Source: Scyliorhinus canicula (taxonomy: Eukaryota). From it: 64,000 nt of DNA. The notes beneath the pieces were generated by a model. It was given only the letters and a program-made list of their open reading frames with translations. It was not told the origin of the DNA and did no database searches. Positions 23,301 to 38,300 of the stretch are shown one piece after another (position 1 is the first letter of the stretch; each line of letters begins with the position of its first letter). A program made the position numbers and the translations under genes. The DNA is taken from NCBI RefSeq assembly GCF_902713615.1, contig NC_052149.1, positions 75,076,543-75,140,542 of the forward strand, read 5' to 3'.

Positions 23301-26300
23301 ACATAGGCACGAGGACAATTTTGCCCCGTGTAGACTGGGCAGAAAGACTAAAAGGTAGGATAGTTGATGAACAGTGGCAGACATTTAAGGAGATATTAAA
23401 TTCCTCCCAACTGAAATATATTCCAGAGAGGAAGAAAAATTGTAAAAGGGGGAAAATGCATCCACGCTAAGCAAGGAGGTTAAAGATAACAAAGGCAAAA
23501 ACTAAGGCATACCATATTGCAAAGGTCAGTGGCAGGCTGGAGGATTAGAAAACGCTTAAAGACGAACAGAGGGCTACAAAAAAAATTATGAAAGGAGCCA
23601 ATGTAAGTTATGAAAGAAATCTAGTGCAAAATATAGAAATGGATTGCAAGAGAGTCGATAAGTATATAAAAAGGTATGGGGTAGGTCAATGTTGATCTCT
23701 TAGAGGACAAGACTGGGAAGTTAATAATAGGGAACACAGAAATGGCAGAAACACTAAATCAATATTTTACCTCAGTTTTCACAGTGGAAGACACAAGAAC
23801 CTTCTCAATATTAACAAATAATGCAGAGGTTGTTGAAAAGGAAAAACTTAAAACAATCACCATCACTAGGGAAAAAATACTGAGCAAGCTATTGGGATTA
23901 AAAGGCAGACAAATATATCTATGGAAGTTTATGGCTGAAGACGCAGTATTGGTGGAGGTTGTTACGGCCAAGTGGGGGGAGGAGTTGGGTCTGGTGTTGG
24001 AAGATGGGGTGTGGAATGAGGCCTTGCAGAGGGTGAATGCCACGTCCTCTGTGCGAGGCTTGGCTTAATACAGCATAAGGTAGCACATCGGGCTCATTGA
24101 CTAGGTCCAAGATGAGTAGGATTTTTGCAGGAGTGGAGGACAAGTGTGAGCGCTGTGGAAGAGGTTCGGCCAATCATGTGCACATGTTCTCGTTGTGTTC
24201 TAAGCTCGTAGGGTTCTGGGTCTCCTTCTTCAGTACCATGTTGGTGATTCTGAAAATTGAACTGGTGACCTGTCCTTTACGGGCCATATTTAGGGTGTCA
24301 GACTTGCTGGAGCTGCAGAGGGGAGCAGAGGGATGTCCTGGCCTTCGCTTGAAGGAGAGTGCTGATGGGATGGAGGTCAGCTTCTCCACCCAGTGCCTCA
24401 GTGCGGCTGGGGGATCTTATGGAGTTTCTAGGCCTTGAGAAAGTAAAGTACATGGAGAGCAGAGCAATTGAAGACAGTAGCTATTTATCTTCAAAGAGCT
24501 GGTCACTGTCAGTTGCTAGCGGGGTTGGGGGGGGGTGGGGGAGGAGAAGGGGGGTTGATACTTTTGTTTTTTTTCTATGGGAGGGAGGGGTTTGTGATTA
24601 GGGTGTTATGTTGTTTTGGTGTTGTGTATAAAATGGAAAATGTTTAAATAAAAATATATTTTGTAAAAGGCAGACAAGACCCCAGGGACTGATGGCCTAA
24701 ATCCTAGGGTCTTAAAGGAAATGGTAGCAGAGATAGTGGAGGCATTGGGCGGCACGGTAGCACAGTGGTTAGCAATGTTGCTTCACAGTACCAGGGTCCT
24801 AGGTTTGTTTCCCGGCTTGGGTCACTGTGCGGAATCTGCATGTTCTCCCTGTGTCTGCGTGGGTTTCCTCCGGGTGCTCCGGTTTACTCCCACAAGTCCT
24901 GAAAGACGTGCTTGTTGGGTGAATTGGTCATTCTGAATTCTACCTCTGTCTACCCGAACGGGCGCGGGAATGTGGCGACAAGGGCATTTTCACAGTAACT
25001 TAACTGCAGTGTTAACGCAAGCCTACTTGCGGCAACAATAAAGATTATTATTATTAACATTCCTAAATTCCCTGGATTCTGTAAAGGTTCCAGTGGAAGG
25101 CTAATATAACACCCTATTCAAAAAAGGAAACATGTAGAAAATAGGAATCTATTACTAAAGTAGTAGTACAGGACATTTAGAAAGTCAAAATGGAATCCAT
25201 CAGAATCAACATAGTTTTTTGAAGGGGAAATCATGTTTGATTAGTTTGCTGGAGTTCTTCGGAAACGTAACAAAGTGGATAATGAAAGTCTTGTGGATAG
25301 AATCAGAGAATTCCTACAGTGCAGAAAGTGGCCATTTAGGGGCTGTTTAGCACACAGCTAAATTGCTGGCTTTGAAAGCAGACCAAGCAGGCCAGCAGCA
25401 CGGTTCGATTCCCGTAACAGCCTCCCCGAACAGGCGCCGGAATGTGGCGACTAGGGGCTTTTCACAGTAACTTCATTTGAAGCCTACTCGTGACAATAAG
25501 CGATTTTAATTTTTAGCCCATCTAGTATGTACCAACCCTCTGAAAGAGCACCTTACTACGCCTTGCTCCCCCGCCCCATCTTCATGATCCCACCCTACAA
25601 ATCCCTGGACACTTAGGGGCAATTCAGCATGCCAATCAGCCTAATCTGCACATCTTTGGAATGTAGGACAAACAGGAACACCCGGAGGGAGCCCACACAG
25701 TCAGTGACCCAAGGCTGGATTTGAACCCAGGTCCCTGGCTTTGTGAGGCAGCAGCGCTAACCACTATGTCACCGTGCCGCCCTATGATGTTGTGTATCTG
25801 GACTTAGAGAAGGGATTTGATAAGGTGCTACACAAAAGGTTAACCTCACAAGATTGGAGGCATTATATTAGCTTGGATAGAGGAGTGGCTAACCAACAGA
25901 CAGCAGAGAGACGGGATAAATGTGTCTTTTTCTGTTTGGCAAGTTGTCACTAATGGTGTGCCACTGGGTTCGGTTCTCAGCCCCAAATATATACCATCTA
26001 TATTAATGACTGAGATGCAGAAATAGAATGTACTGTAGCCAAATTTGCAGATGACACTGAAATAGGTGGGAAAGCAAGTTGCAATGAGGAAATTAGAAAT
26101 TTACAAATAGATACAAATTGATTAGGTTAGGTGAGTAGGCCAAAGTTTGGCAGATGGAGCATAATGTGGGTAAATATGAGGTTAAGAGGAATAAAAATAC
26201 AACTTATTACCTAACTGGAATGAAACTTCAATATTCGTAAGTGCAGAAGTTAGTATGTAGATAATAAGAAAGGCAAATTAAATTTTGACGTTCATTGCTA

Positions 26301-29300
26301 ATGGAATAGAGTATAAAAGTAGGGGAGTGCTGTTGCAACCATATAGGTCATTGGTGAGACCGTATCTGGAGTATCACACATAGTTTTGGTCCTCTTACTT
26401 GAGGAAGGATGTAAATGCATTAGAGGCGGTTCAGAAAAGGGTTACTAGATTGATTCCTGAGGTAAGGACTTGTCTCATGAAGTGGAGATTCCGTCACTGG
26501 ACTGGGGTGGGCACAGTAAGAAGTCTCACAATACCAGGTTAAAGTCCAACAGGTTTATTTGAAAGCACAAGCTTTTGGATCGCTACTCATTTATCAGGTG
26601 AAGTGGAGGCAGGTTCACAATCACAACACATCTAATATATATATAAATAGATATAGAGAGAGGAGAGACACAATTGCAAGATAATTACAGATTGTAGTCC
26701 CTGAAGATAGCATTTAATGTACAGGATGCTCGTCTGCTTGTTACATTTGTTCCTGCCTAGTAACAAGGGTGGGGCCTTCATAGTGTCATGTTAGGTCACC
26801 AGATCAGTTCAAGGGTGATGTGAACAGCACTTCTTGAATGGTTAGTTATAATCTGTGAGCCATCAAGTGTCCCAAGATGAGGAACAAAGACAAAAGGGAC
26901 AGAACAGATCTCGGTTAATAAAAAAAGAAGCAAATAAACAGTCTCCAAGTAAGAGGAATGGTTAGGTGGAGCAGATTTTAAGTGAAGTGGACTCAAGAGA
27001 AGTCCTGAAAATCCAAGAAGGTAGACGAAGAGCAGCAGAAGGTTGGTGGCTCTGTGCTGTGAGGGCAGAATTACCTCGTTGGAGCAGTGGTGTTCTGTTT
27101 AGCGCAGCCAAAGAACTGAAATCGTGCTTGTGAGCTAGTGCCTGAGTATACTCGGGAATCCAGGGTGATAACATTTTGGAAGGCGAGACTGAAACTTTGA
27201 GGTGAGCTGTTATTGAAGCCTTCCAGTTTAAAAAAAAATCTTTATTGTTACAAGTAGGCGTACATTAATGCTGCAATGAAGCTACTGTGAAAAGAACTTG
27301 TCGCCACATTCCGGCGCCTGTTCGGGTACACAGAGGGAGAATTCAGAATGTCCAAATTACCTAACAGCACATCTTCTGGGACAGTTGGAGCGACCTTTTG
27401 GACAGAATTCTGAGGCAAGACCGTTGAAGGTGAAAATTGGAAATCCCTGTGAGAAAGGCCAGGTTTCAATGAGATTGGTTGGCTCACAGTGCCACTAAAG
27501 TCAAGCTGGGTTCTTGAGAAATCGATGAAATCTGTTTTGGTCACATTCTGTAGTGTGGTGTGTTTGTCCACAGTTTGCTTGTTAATTCACATGTACCTCA
27601 TATTACCCTGAATGCGACAGTGATATTGTGAAGATTTATCTTTCTGAACTTGTAAAGTTTATTTTTGTTTGTTTAAAATCCGTGAAATCTTGTGGCTTTA
27701 TTGACTTAGTAAGCACCTTGAATCATACATTTTTGTCTACTTCAAACAAAATGTTATTGGCCCCAACTGGATCGCCCCCATAACAGAACATCATTAAAAT
27801 CAAATAAATCACTTTGGTAGGCACATGGTTCCTCTCCAAGTCAGTGATCTGAGGAAATGGAGACTTAAAGTGCTGCATTTCCAATGGAGTAGCTAAGTTG
27901 GCCCCCTTTGAGAACAGCTCACAATACAAATCAAGAAATGCCCTGGTCTGGGTTGCTAACATTTCACAATATGCTTAAGCATGAAGCCATTAGAAGAGCC
28001 ATTTGTTCTGCATAATAACCAACTCTACCTCCTTCTCATACGAACAGACAAATTAGGAGCAGGAGTACCCTCATGGCCCCTCGATCCTGCTCCACCATTC
28101 AATAAGATCACGATTGATCTGATTGTAACTTAAGCCCCACATTTCCTCCTACTCGTGATAACTTTTCACCCCTTGCTGATTTAGAATAGATGTACCCATG
28201 CCTTAGAAAGACTCTGCTTCCACTGCCATTTGAGGCAAAGAGTTCCAAAGACTCACGATCTTATGAAAGAAAAATATTCTCCTAATTTGATGTTTCCCAT
28301 GGTGGGGGTGTCCAGAACCAGGGGTCACAGTTTGAGAATACATGGTAGACCATTTGGGATAGGGATGAGGATAAATGTCTTCAGCTAGAGAATGGTGAGC
28401 TATCGAATTAGTCACCACAGAAAGTACTTGAGGCCAAAACATTGTGTGTTTTCAAGAAACAGGGGGGCATAGGGATCAAAGGGTATTGGGGAGGGGCAAA
28501 GACGCAGGATTAGGCTATTGAATTGGATGATCAGCCATGTTCATAATGAATGGTGGAGCAGGCGCAAAGGTCTGAATGGCCTCCTCTAACTCCTATTTTC
28601 TATGTTTCTAATGTCTATATTAAATGGGTCACCCTTTCTTTTTAAACAGTGACCCCTAGTTCTAGATTCTCCAACAAGAGGAAACATCCTCTCCACATCC
28701 ATCCTTTCAAGACTCCTCAGAATTTTATATATTTCAAGCAAGTCGCCTCTTACTCTTCTAAAATCTAGCAGACACAAGTCTAGCATGTCAAAACATTCCT
28801 CATAAAACAAACCTATCCATTCCAGGTATTAGTCTAATAAACTATCTTTGAATTGCTTCCTATAAGTTGCTTTTTATAAATAAGGAGGCCAATACTGTAC
28901 ACAGAACCCCAGATGTAATCTCACCAATGCCCCGTATAACTGAAGTATAACCTCCCTACTTTTATATAGTTTCTCTTTCAATAAACAATAACATTCTATT
29001 TGCTTTAATTACTTGCTGTACCTGCATATTAGCCTTTTGCGATTCAAGCATTAACACACCCAGAGCTTTCTGCATCCTCTCACTATTTAGATAATATGCT
29101 TTTTTAAATTCTTCTGTCAAGATGTACAATGTTATATTTTCCCACATTATACTCCATTTCTTTGCCCATTCACTTAACCTATCTACATATCTTTGTAGCC
29201 TCCTTGTGTCCTCTTCATAACTTACTTTCCGGCCACCTTTGTGCCATCAGCAAATTTAGGAACCCTACCTTTGTCCCTTCACCCAAGTCATTTAAATGAG

Positions 29301-32300
29301 TTATAAAAAGTTGAGGTCCCAGCACTGATTCATGTGACACATCACTTGATATATATTGCCACCAAAAAATAACCAATTTATGCCCACCGTTTACTGTTGG
29401 CTAGCCAATCTTCTATCCTTGCTGATAAATTACCCCTACATCATGAGTTTTTACTTACTGCAATATCCTTTGATTTAGTACCTCATTAAATTACTTCTGG
29501 AAATCTAAATTTAGTACATCCAATTGTTCCCCTTTATCCACAGCACATGTTCAACATACTTTTTCAAAGAATTCCAACAAGTTAGTTAAACATGATTTCC
29601 CACTCACAAAACCATTTTAAATCTGTTTAAGTATCTTGAATTTTGCTATTATTTTTTTATTAGTAGCTTCTAACATTTTCCCTATGATTGATGTTAAGCT
29701 AACTGGGTTAAACTTTCCTGCTATCCGGCACCCTCCCTTTTTAAATAAAGAGGTTACATTCACTATTTTCCAATCCAACAAGATCTTCCCTGAATCGGCG
29801 AAATTTTGAAAACTAAGACCAATACATCAACTATCTCACATGGCATTTCTTTTAAGGCCCAAGGCTGAAATCCTTCAGGATCTGGGGACTTGTCAATCGG
29901 CCGTTCCACTTCCCTGTTGATTGTAACATTTGAGTTCCTCTCTCCCTTCCATTCCAGACTTGCAGCTATTTCTGGGATGTTACTTGTATCCTCTTTAGTA
30001 AAGTCAGATGCAAAATACCTGTTCAATTCACCTGTCAACTCCTTATTTTCCATTACTAATTTCCCAAGCTCAGTCTCTAGAGGATCAACATTCACTTTGT
30101 TAACTTTTCTTTTTAAAATATCTATAGAAATTCTTACCATTTGTCTTTATATTTCCAGCTAGTTTTCTCTTGTACTCAATTTGTCCTTCCTGATCAATCT
30201 TATAGTCAACATTTGCTGTTTTTATATTCTGCCCAATCTTCTGACCTGCCACCAATCTGTGCACAACTATAGACATTTCCTTTAAGTTCGATGCTATCTT
30301 TAATTTTTTTTTAAAAACGACTATGGATGATAGGCTCTCTCCTTGAATGTTTTTTTGCGTTGAAATCTATTCTTTTGGCAAAATGCATTACCTGAGAATG
30401 TTTTGCCTGACCAGTTGAAATCTTGGAATATTTTCATAGTGTATAATGTCAGTGTGAAGTGGGGGCTCTGTTAGCAGGTACGGCCTAGTCAAGGACGGAT
30501 GCATTAGAGTGTAACCTGAAACAGAAAGCAAAAGTAGTTGAAGAGTTTAGTGGTAGTCTACAAGACTGTGAACACTATGTTTACAAATAAGAGTGTTCAC
30601 AGTTGTTTCCAGTATTCACAAACAAAAGATGATTAATATCTGACAAACCAGCTACAGGTGAAATGAAGCAATGACAAGATAATTAAATTGACCCCGACTC
30701 CTTACTGCTGATTAAGTCTGGAACAACCACTTTTTAAAAAATGACCTCTTGTGCCCTGTCCATGTTACAGAGAGATCTGTAATCTGCTTGAACTCCTTGT
30801 GCTATGGAATTTAGTCCTCTTGCTTTGTGACTGTAAAAACACAGAAATCTCTGCGCCCATGTAGGCAGATAACGTTGGCCAGTTAAGCCAATACTAATTA
30901 CAGGTATAATTACATCTCCCTTACCTTTATTATCTATTAAGAATGTGTAGGAGGCTGAAGAATCACGATAGTAAGTTACATCTTCCAAAATGTATGCCAA
31001 ATTCACGTCTACTCCCACAATTCCCAGCAGCATGTTTCCAAAGTAGCAGGGCTTGCTGACAGTCATTATCAATCCTGTGAAGATTAATCAGAAAAATATA
31101 TGATTTATCACGTTGGACAAATATAAAATGATTAGGGGGTGAGGTGAAGTGGTAGGACGTGGGAATGGCAAAGAGGAAGGATTCTCTGAGAAGATAAGAT
31201 ATGTTTTCTGAATAGGCTCCATGATGATCAGCAATCTTTCGGTACCTTGCTGAAGTGGCTATCAATGGCTATTGGTGAGTCTAAATTGAGTGTCAGCAAC
31301 TCATTTGTTCATGGAGGATACCACAGCAAACCTTCATAATAACCTATATCAAGGCTGACATTTAAGTATAGCATCGAGGGGGTCCTGCACTGTTGCAAGT
31401 GCCACCTTTCACATGAGATAGCAAAATGAGATTCGGTGTGTGTTCTCAGGTGGACTCCATGGCACTATTTGAAGAAGTGCGGGGAGTTTTCCTGATCTCT
31501 TGGCCTACATTTATCTTTCAACTAATACCGTAAAAATAGATTATCTGGTGATCATTGATCGGTCTGTGAGACTTTACTTTGCACAAGCTGGTTGGTCTCT
31601 TTAGTTAATAAACTGTGACTGTACTTTTAAAAAATGCACTTAATTGGCTGTGAAGCATCATGTAACAGCTTGATGTTTGAAAGGCTTTTTATAAATGCAA
31701 TTTTACTTTCTTTTCCCATTTCTAGTAGAGCTAAAAGGACTGTAATCATAAGTGTGAACTCGGAATAATCTTCACTTTCCTTAAACAATCATTTGTTTAT
31801 TAAAAATTTAAATTTTGTGTACCCAATTCAATTCTTTTCCAATTAAGGGGCAATTTAGCGTGGCCAATTCACCTACCCTCACATCTTTTTGGATTGTGAG
31901 GGCGAGACCTACGCAGACACGGAGAGAATGTGCAAACTTCACATGGACAGTGACCCGGGATTGAACCCGGGTGCTCAGCGCCGTGAGGCAGCAGTACTAA
32001 CCACTGCGCTAACATGCCGCAATTATAGCATCTCCCAAGTTCAATAATTTAGAATTAGGCTGACACGCAAACTGGAAGTTTTCATTCTGCATGGCTCAGT
32101 ACAATACTAACTGAGTGGTTAATTGGGACCTTATTGGTTTTGAATGTTTCATCTGAAATTGGGTGGCAGTCTGTACCACTTTACTGGCATTGACAAAAGG
32201 CCCATCTGCTCAAAGAGTGATCTCTGTCCTTCCTGACTTGCCTCATCAGGCAGGCAAAGCGAAACAGAGAAGGAGAGAAAGCACCAATTTAATGAAAAGA

Positions 32301-35300
32301 AAAGAACAGCACTCACCATCACCCATTTCATCAGTGTACGGCAGACTAAACACAGCCTCATCTATCATTCGATTTGGCAGATTTGTGTAAAAGCGTCCTA
32401 CAGTGGTCTCCAGGTTACTTAGCTGGTTCAAAACCATCATTGTCCCTTTTATAATAGGAAGTGATGTGCGATCAGGAACTCCGTACTTTGCCGAATTCTG
32501 TTCTGCCAGATCCCGAAGAAAGGCGAGCTCCTTCAAACCAGTTACACCCTCTAAAATAAGATTATTATTAACTAGAAATTGTCACACCATTAAAATAGCA
32601 TGTGAGATTTTAGTCTATTCTCTACATATTCTATGAGAAAACAAAATGGGAAGAAACAAATGACTTGAATAAACTCTCTCACTGTTATATTATTTCCCAT
32701 TTTTGTTGTAGATGCCGGGCATTGGGTCACCCATCCATCTTTCCCTCGATCCTAGGAAGCACCTATCCTCAACAGCTCATAGTGGCATGCTTGCAATTAG
32801 GAATTCAATTTAGAGGGTTGCAACCTGTTTTTGCAGTTTACAGCTCCATAAAATAAATATATTCTTTGCAAAAAATTGTTTGACTACAAAGTTCTGAAAA
32901 CTCACAGCAGAAAGTAAACTTGTTCTATCAAATATCTTTTCCAAATGGCCACACTCTACACCTAAACTTGATCCATTTCCTGCAACCATGTGGCCTAATA
33001 ATGTCCACAGCAATGTTCATCAGCACAAAGCACCAGTTCTCCAAGTAATCGAATTGAGCTCATCACTGGTAACTATTGTCTCCCGTGTTAATGCTCTGCA
33101 GCGAAACCGAGTGTTGTCTCTAGGGTGCAAGCCTGGTCAAAATTTATGGAGACTCGGGAATGCCCAAACATCAGCAGTGGCCCACTCTTGACCTCCCCAG
33201 TTCAGTCCAAAGGAATGCAAAGCTCTACACTTAGCAAGAGCTTCATTGCCAGATTTTCCAAAAAGATTACATATTTAGATATTAGTCTGCCTTTAGGCTC
33301 CACTCCCATTTTGTCAGGGTTTACTCCCATAGCCTTCAACTCTCCTGAGGTACCCACAAGGCAGTACAGCTATTCGCCATAGCTGGGAGTTTGGTTCTTC
33401 AATGGCATGGCATGTCCACATGCCAATGAGCCTGCTTGGCTGGGGTACAAACATCTCCCAGGTACCTCTGAGCCTTTAGCCTGAGTCTGCGAGCAGCCCA
33501 GTTTCCATGTGTCACCGTGAGAAGGCACAGCTGAGGACTTGCTGTTGGAGAGGCTGTACACAGGGAGAGACATGCATATTTTCTCTCTTTTCCATACTGC
33601 TCCTAGCCAGTGTTTGGACAGAAAATGAGAAGCAAACTACCACATAAAAACCGAAAGCATACTAACTCTCTTCACCACACACTGGACACATTACATTGAC
33701 CTGTTGAACACATCAATTCTGATAAGGCCGTTGCAAACTTTCCAGAACTTGCCCAGCCGTATGTATTGATCGGAGAGGAGGTTGTTGAACTAAATAAAAC
33801 TTAAGTTCTGGCTCCCTGAGGAGCAGCGGAATTAATTTATATTTTTATTCAGCCCCAGGAAGAGCTTCTGGTTGCTGAGTTACAGTAGCATGAAGCTATT
33901 CAAACATCTGCCAACAGATCAGTGTAACATCTGGGCAGCGCCCTTAGTAGCATGGGCTGGCTGTACTAAGCAGGAGATTTTTTGAGAGTGTCCATAGCCT
34001 ATGCAATGGGCAACTGGGAATTCTGCTCTTTTGTAATTATCTCAGTGGATCAAGATCCAATAGAATTTCAACTACAGCGATGTTATGAGAGATAGGGAGA
34101 AAATCAGGAAAGAGTGTAAGCCCTAGAAAAGTCTTCCAGGTCTGTCGGGAATGCGCAAGTATAAATATTGATTAAATCTTTTGCAGCATTTGTCCTCTGA
34201 CAAGCTGCTAGAACCATAAGTAAACCAGTTTCTCACCATTCATGAGTGCATAAGTAAGGATCATCACAGAGTTATTAAGATGCCCATTTTCCTCACTGAT
34301 AACACTCAGGGTTTCCTTCTTCTCTTCTTCAGAGGAGTCCTTTGAAGTGATGCCAGATGACAGATAGATTATCACCATGTCAGTGGCTGTGGTTTAAAGA
34401 AAAATCTTTTAATTTACAATTACCTTATTCTTACCCACATCCCAGCAGTTATTTGTTTCCATAACCTTCTACCAATTAAAGGATTCCAATGGCTACATGG
34501 CTAAAGGCACTGAATTGACTGTCACTAAATTGCAGTGTTTACCACCAAACTTCAAAGAACAACAGGGTTTTAGATTTGATCTCTGATCTGTGTCAAGCTA
34601 GCTGATTCAGTTGGAGGAATATGACTGACCTCGGATCCATCATATCACGGTTAGATATAAACCAAATCTCTTTTGATTCAGTCCAACAATGTGCCTTAGC
34701 TCAAACTTGAGACAAGTTTACCCTCTTTGTAACAAAATGACGTTCAAATTGCCCACATCAAAATAGCCTTTAGTCGTTCTCATAATGTTACAGCTAATTA
34801 TTGCTGGAAAAAAACGGAGACATGTTGAAGCTTTTTGTCTTATAAGGGGGGAAAACACAATTTATAGAGCATGAGAAGAGAATGCTAATTGTTTGGCAAG
34901 TGGACGCTGATTGGTAGAGGCATTGTCATGGGGAATGCACCAGTTGATAGTGACTGACAGATAATTGCCGAGCAATGTTTGAAATTTAAACTTTCTCAGA
35001 GGAGCTATTGAATTACATTCACCTCACTGCATCATCCACAGCAAAACAGTTTAGCGGTAAGGAAGTGATTACACATGAATTTTCACTACAATCGCACTAC
35101 CCAGGATTCCACTAACTGAAGTGTTCTCAACAATACTTTCAAGTATAATAGGAACTGGATATTGATGAGCATTTCATTGCTTAAGTTACCCAAATTTAAT
35201 TAATTAGCCTTAACACAAAAATAATTTATTCTGACACTGATCCATGTAAAAAAAATTTAAAAAGAGAATAAGAATTTGAAAACAACCCATTTAAAGCTGG

Positions 35301-38300
35301 GCTTCACCATTGTTTGGTGGGCAGAGTGAAGCTCTCAGTTCCTGAGATGCTTGGTTATCGTTGTCAAGCAACAAACTGGAACATCCTTTAAACTGGTAAT
35401 GGACTGTACTCTCGTAATGGGAGCAAAATCCCTACCCAAGGTCTCTGCATTCTCTAACACAGCGGTTTCTTTGCGCGAGACCCCCTTCTATAAATATTAA
35501 CACACTATGACAGACTCCCTGCCCTAACTCCTGAAAGATAGTGTCAACTATCCATGAAGAAAACAATGTTATCATTGAAAAATGTGATGATAGACAGAAA
35601 TGTGATGATCTTGTCAATCCTCCGGGGTCCCAGCTTGAAAGCCGATATTCTATGAAACTGATTACTGTGCAAAGAAATCTAAATAATTCAAAGCATGACA
35701 TCCTTGGTCCAATAGTACCACACTATAGGCATGTACTATTTAGAGAGCACAGAACATTAATTGAAAAAATCCATCCTCGCAGAATAAGTGTCATTTATAT
35801 CATAGGCCGAGTATGAGCCATATGTTACAAAAATATTCAACTGGATATAGGCAGTTTCTAGCACGGTACAAAGCATACAAGCCATACCATGCCAGGTTTG
35901 GCTGCAGGCCTGTGTTGAACCAGTGAGCTCAGTCAGGGCAGCAGGTGAAACTTTACAATGAACTCAGTGTCCTTGGGATGAGGTCGGAGAAAACACAGCT
36001 AGAGTTTCAAATCTTGCTGTCTATGGATTAATCCCTGTAGGGCTTGCCAACAACCAAGCTCATGTATGTGCAAAGTATAACCCAACCCCACAACTATTCC
36101 CTAGCTGCATTGCCTAGATAGTGAAAGAACAAAACTGGCAGAAGATGAGACATCAAAACATTGACAAGATTTCACAATGACTAACCCCAACATCTTTTTT
36201 CAGCCTGTCAATGACACATTTAAAACCCAATTTCAATCTGACAGTAAAAAGTTGAGGTTTCTAGCTATCTAATTTTCTCCTTGCGCTCACGTGTATGGAT
36301 CCTGGTGCTGTTGTTTGTATTCTGAAGTAACTGAAAAGCTTTGAGAAATCCCAGTGCATGATGAGTGGCACCATCCACTGATTTTATGTTGCTGAGGAAT
36401 GTGGTCATTTTTCTTTTTGTCTCACTGGTAGCGGGAGACAAGTATGTCTTGTAACACTGGTCCAGCGAGCATGTTCGGACGGTGTCTGCCACAGCCAGCA
36501 GTGAAATCTAAACACAAAGCAAAAAAGCTATTCCTGAAATTTCTCTCCAGCAGTCTTAATTGCTTTACTTGTACAGTTTGCACTTTTGAGTTACTTTTCA
36601 CAATTTTATTTTAACCAGAATTACTGCAAAACTACATTGTGATGAATTTTGCTTCCTTCTTTTGTTTCTCTTTCCCCACCACTTTGCTCACCTCATTCCT
36701 TCTTCTGAAAATGTCTGTTCAAGCAGCCTGCGCTAGCTTGCTTCAGATCATTCTTCAGATAGAGCTTCTAAGCTATGAATCAACACTATACCCTCAATAG
36801 TACTGTACTTTCTTTGTACTTTAATCTTCCAATGTGCATATCTATTTGTTTTTCATGTTGACATGAGAAACAGAAATACATCATTTGTTTTCATCTCACG
36901 ACACATTTGATATTATTAGAGCAATGGAATATAAAATCAAGAACACATGTAATATGAAATTATCTTATGCTTCCTCTATGGATGTGTCATGTAAGATCCA
37001 CCCTCCCTTGCACACATTCCCTTCAGTTAATTTCTTGATAGAAAAGTCTTGCATTGGCACTGCATGATTCCTGAATGACGATCAAGAACAGAAGATTGGC
37101 AGTTAATTTAAATAACCTGCTAACACTTTATTGGTGCTTTAAAGATCTGGATCACACATTTCCCGGTCAATTATGTGTGTTCTGGTAGTGATGTACTGTT
37201 GCATGTGATATATTCCACATTATGAACACTGGCAAAGGTTGGAAAGAACTCACCTTGTCGTGCTCATCTATTGAGGTTAATATTACTTGTGCAGCATCTT
37301 TGGCTATTTGAAGCTGTATGTCTGTGGCTAAAGCCCCATGGTCCACCACCACCACAATGTGTTTTGATTGTGGTCTCACCGTAGAGACATAAACAGGCCT
37401 GCACCAAAAGAATACCAAAATATTTGCAAATTAAGATCAATAGATAACAAAGAACCAAATTAATGATACGGTTTTCTGCATTTTCTTAATAGTAAACTAT
37501 CGTTCCCTCTAATTTTTCCCATCTTTGCTGAAGGCACTGATTCATGATGGAGTACATATCATGAGCTCACCTATCTGTTTTACAAATTGCCAATTCTCAT
37601 GTGCCATTCTCATTCCTATCAAACCCAATCCTATCCACACCAAAGCATTTTCTGTAAATCTCACAGCTTCATACTTGAAAAATGCAATCATCTCTTGCTA
37701 ATACTCAAGCATGGATTAACTCAATCAACTAAATATTTACAAATCAGAGAAACATTTTACTGGATCAGAAATCCCACATAATGCAAACTGAACAAAATTG
37801 CCTATGCTTAGATCATCCACATGCATAATTAGAGTCATTTCAGATTTTCTTTTGGGAAAATGACACTGGCTGATGAGGAAGTTAAAAGTATCCTTCCAGG
37901 GTTTATTTGACATCAACAAATAAGTTAAGCAAAATGTTACAAATAACATAACTTCATTCTGTTTGTCATTTACATTTGTGCAATGATCCAACTGGACTAG
38001 GTAAGCGGCTTATCATGGCACTGCAGTTCATCTTCAAGTTTATGGTGATTACAACTTTTCTGCACATTTCATAGTACATTCCTCAGTGCATTAGTTTAAT
38101 GAATCTGTAAACATATAATTTCAAACCAAAAACTGATTCCGTAAAATTATCACACTTACTTACTCGTCAGAACTAATGTCACAGAGAGGAAAAGACCAGG
38201 GAATGTGATGAAATCAGGAGATTGAAAAGAATGCCCAAGTGAATGGGGGTTGAAAGTTCCTACCTACTCCGATGCTCATAACCACCTTTGCAGCGAAACT

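Larger units (their letters stand above)
22050..26475 (+). mobile_element. Long decayed CR1-clade LINE (EN + RT) hosting nested SINEs and an L1 fragment
   Basis: [46 protein letters not shown] and LEAVQKR remnants in order. Confidence 0.88.

Noticed and set aside
26739-27785. Possible solo LTR (tgtta...taaca termini)
   Set aside because: No TSD found and no clear internal signals, so not supported enough to call.
32650-33600. Cluster of short ORFs in intron 8
   Set aside because: No recognisable domain or coherent exon chain; possibly an ancient LINE remnant, unverifiable here.
15745-38264. Shared intron position in the two Cache RxWY-type motifs (YEHRSR|[11 protein letters not shown]|Y) as a duplication relic
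   Set aside because: Both are phase 2 but offset by two codons, so they are not the same position.
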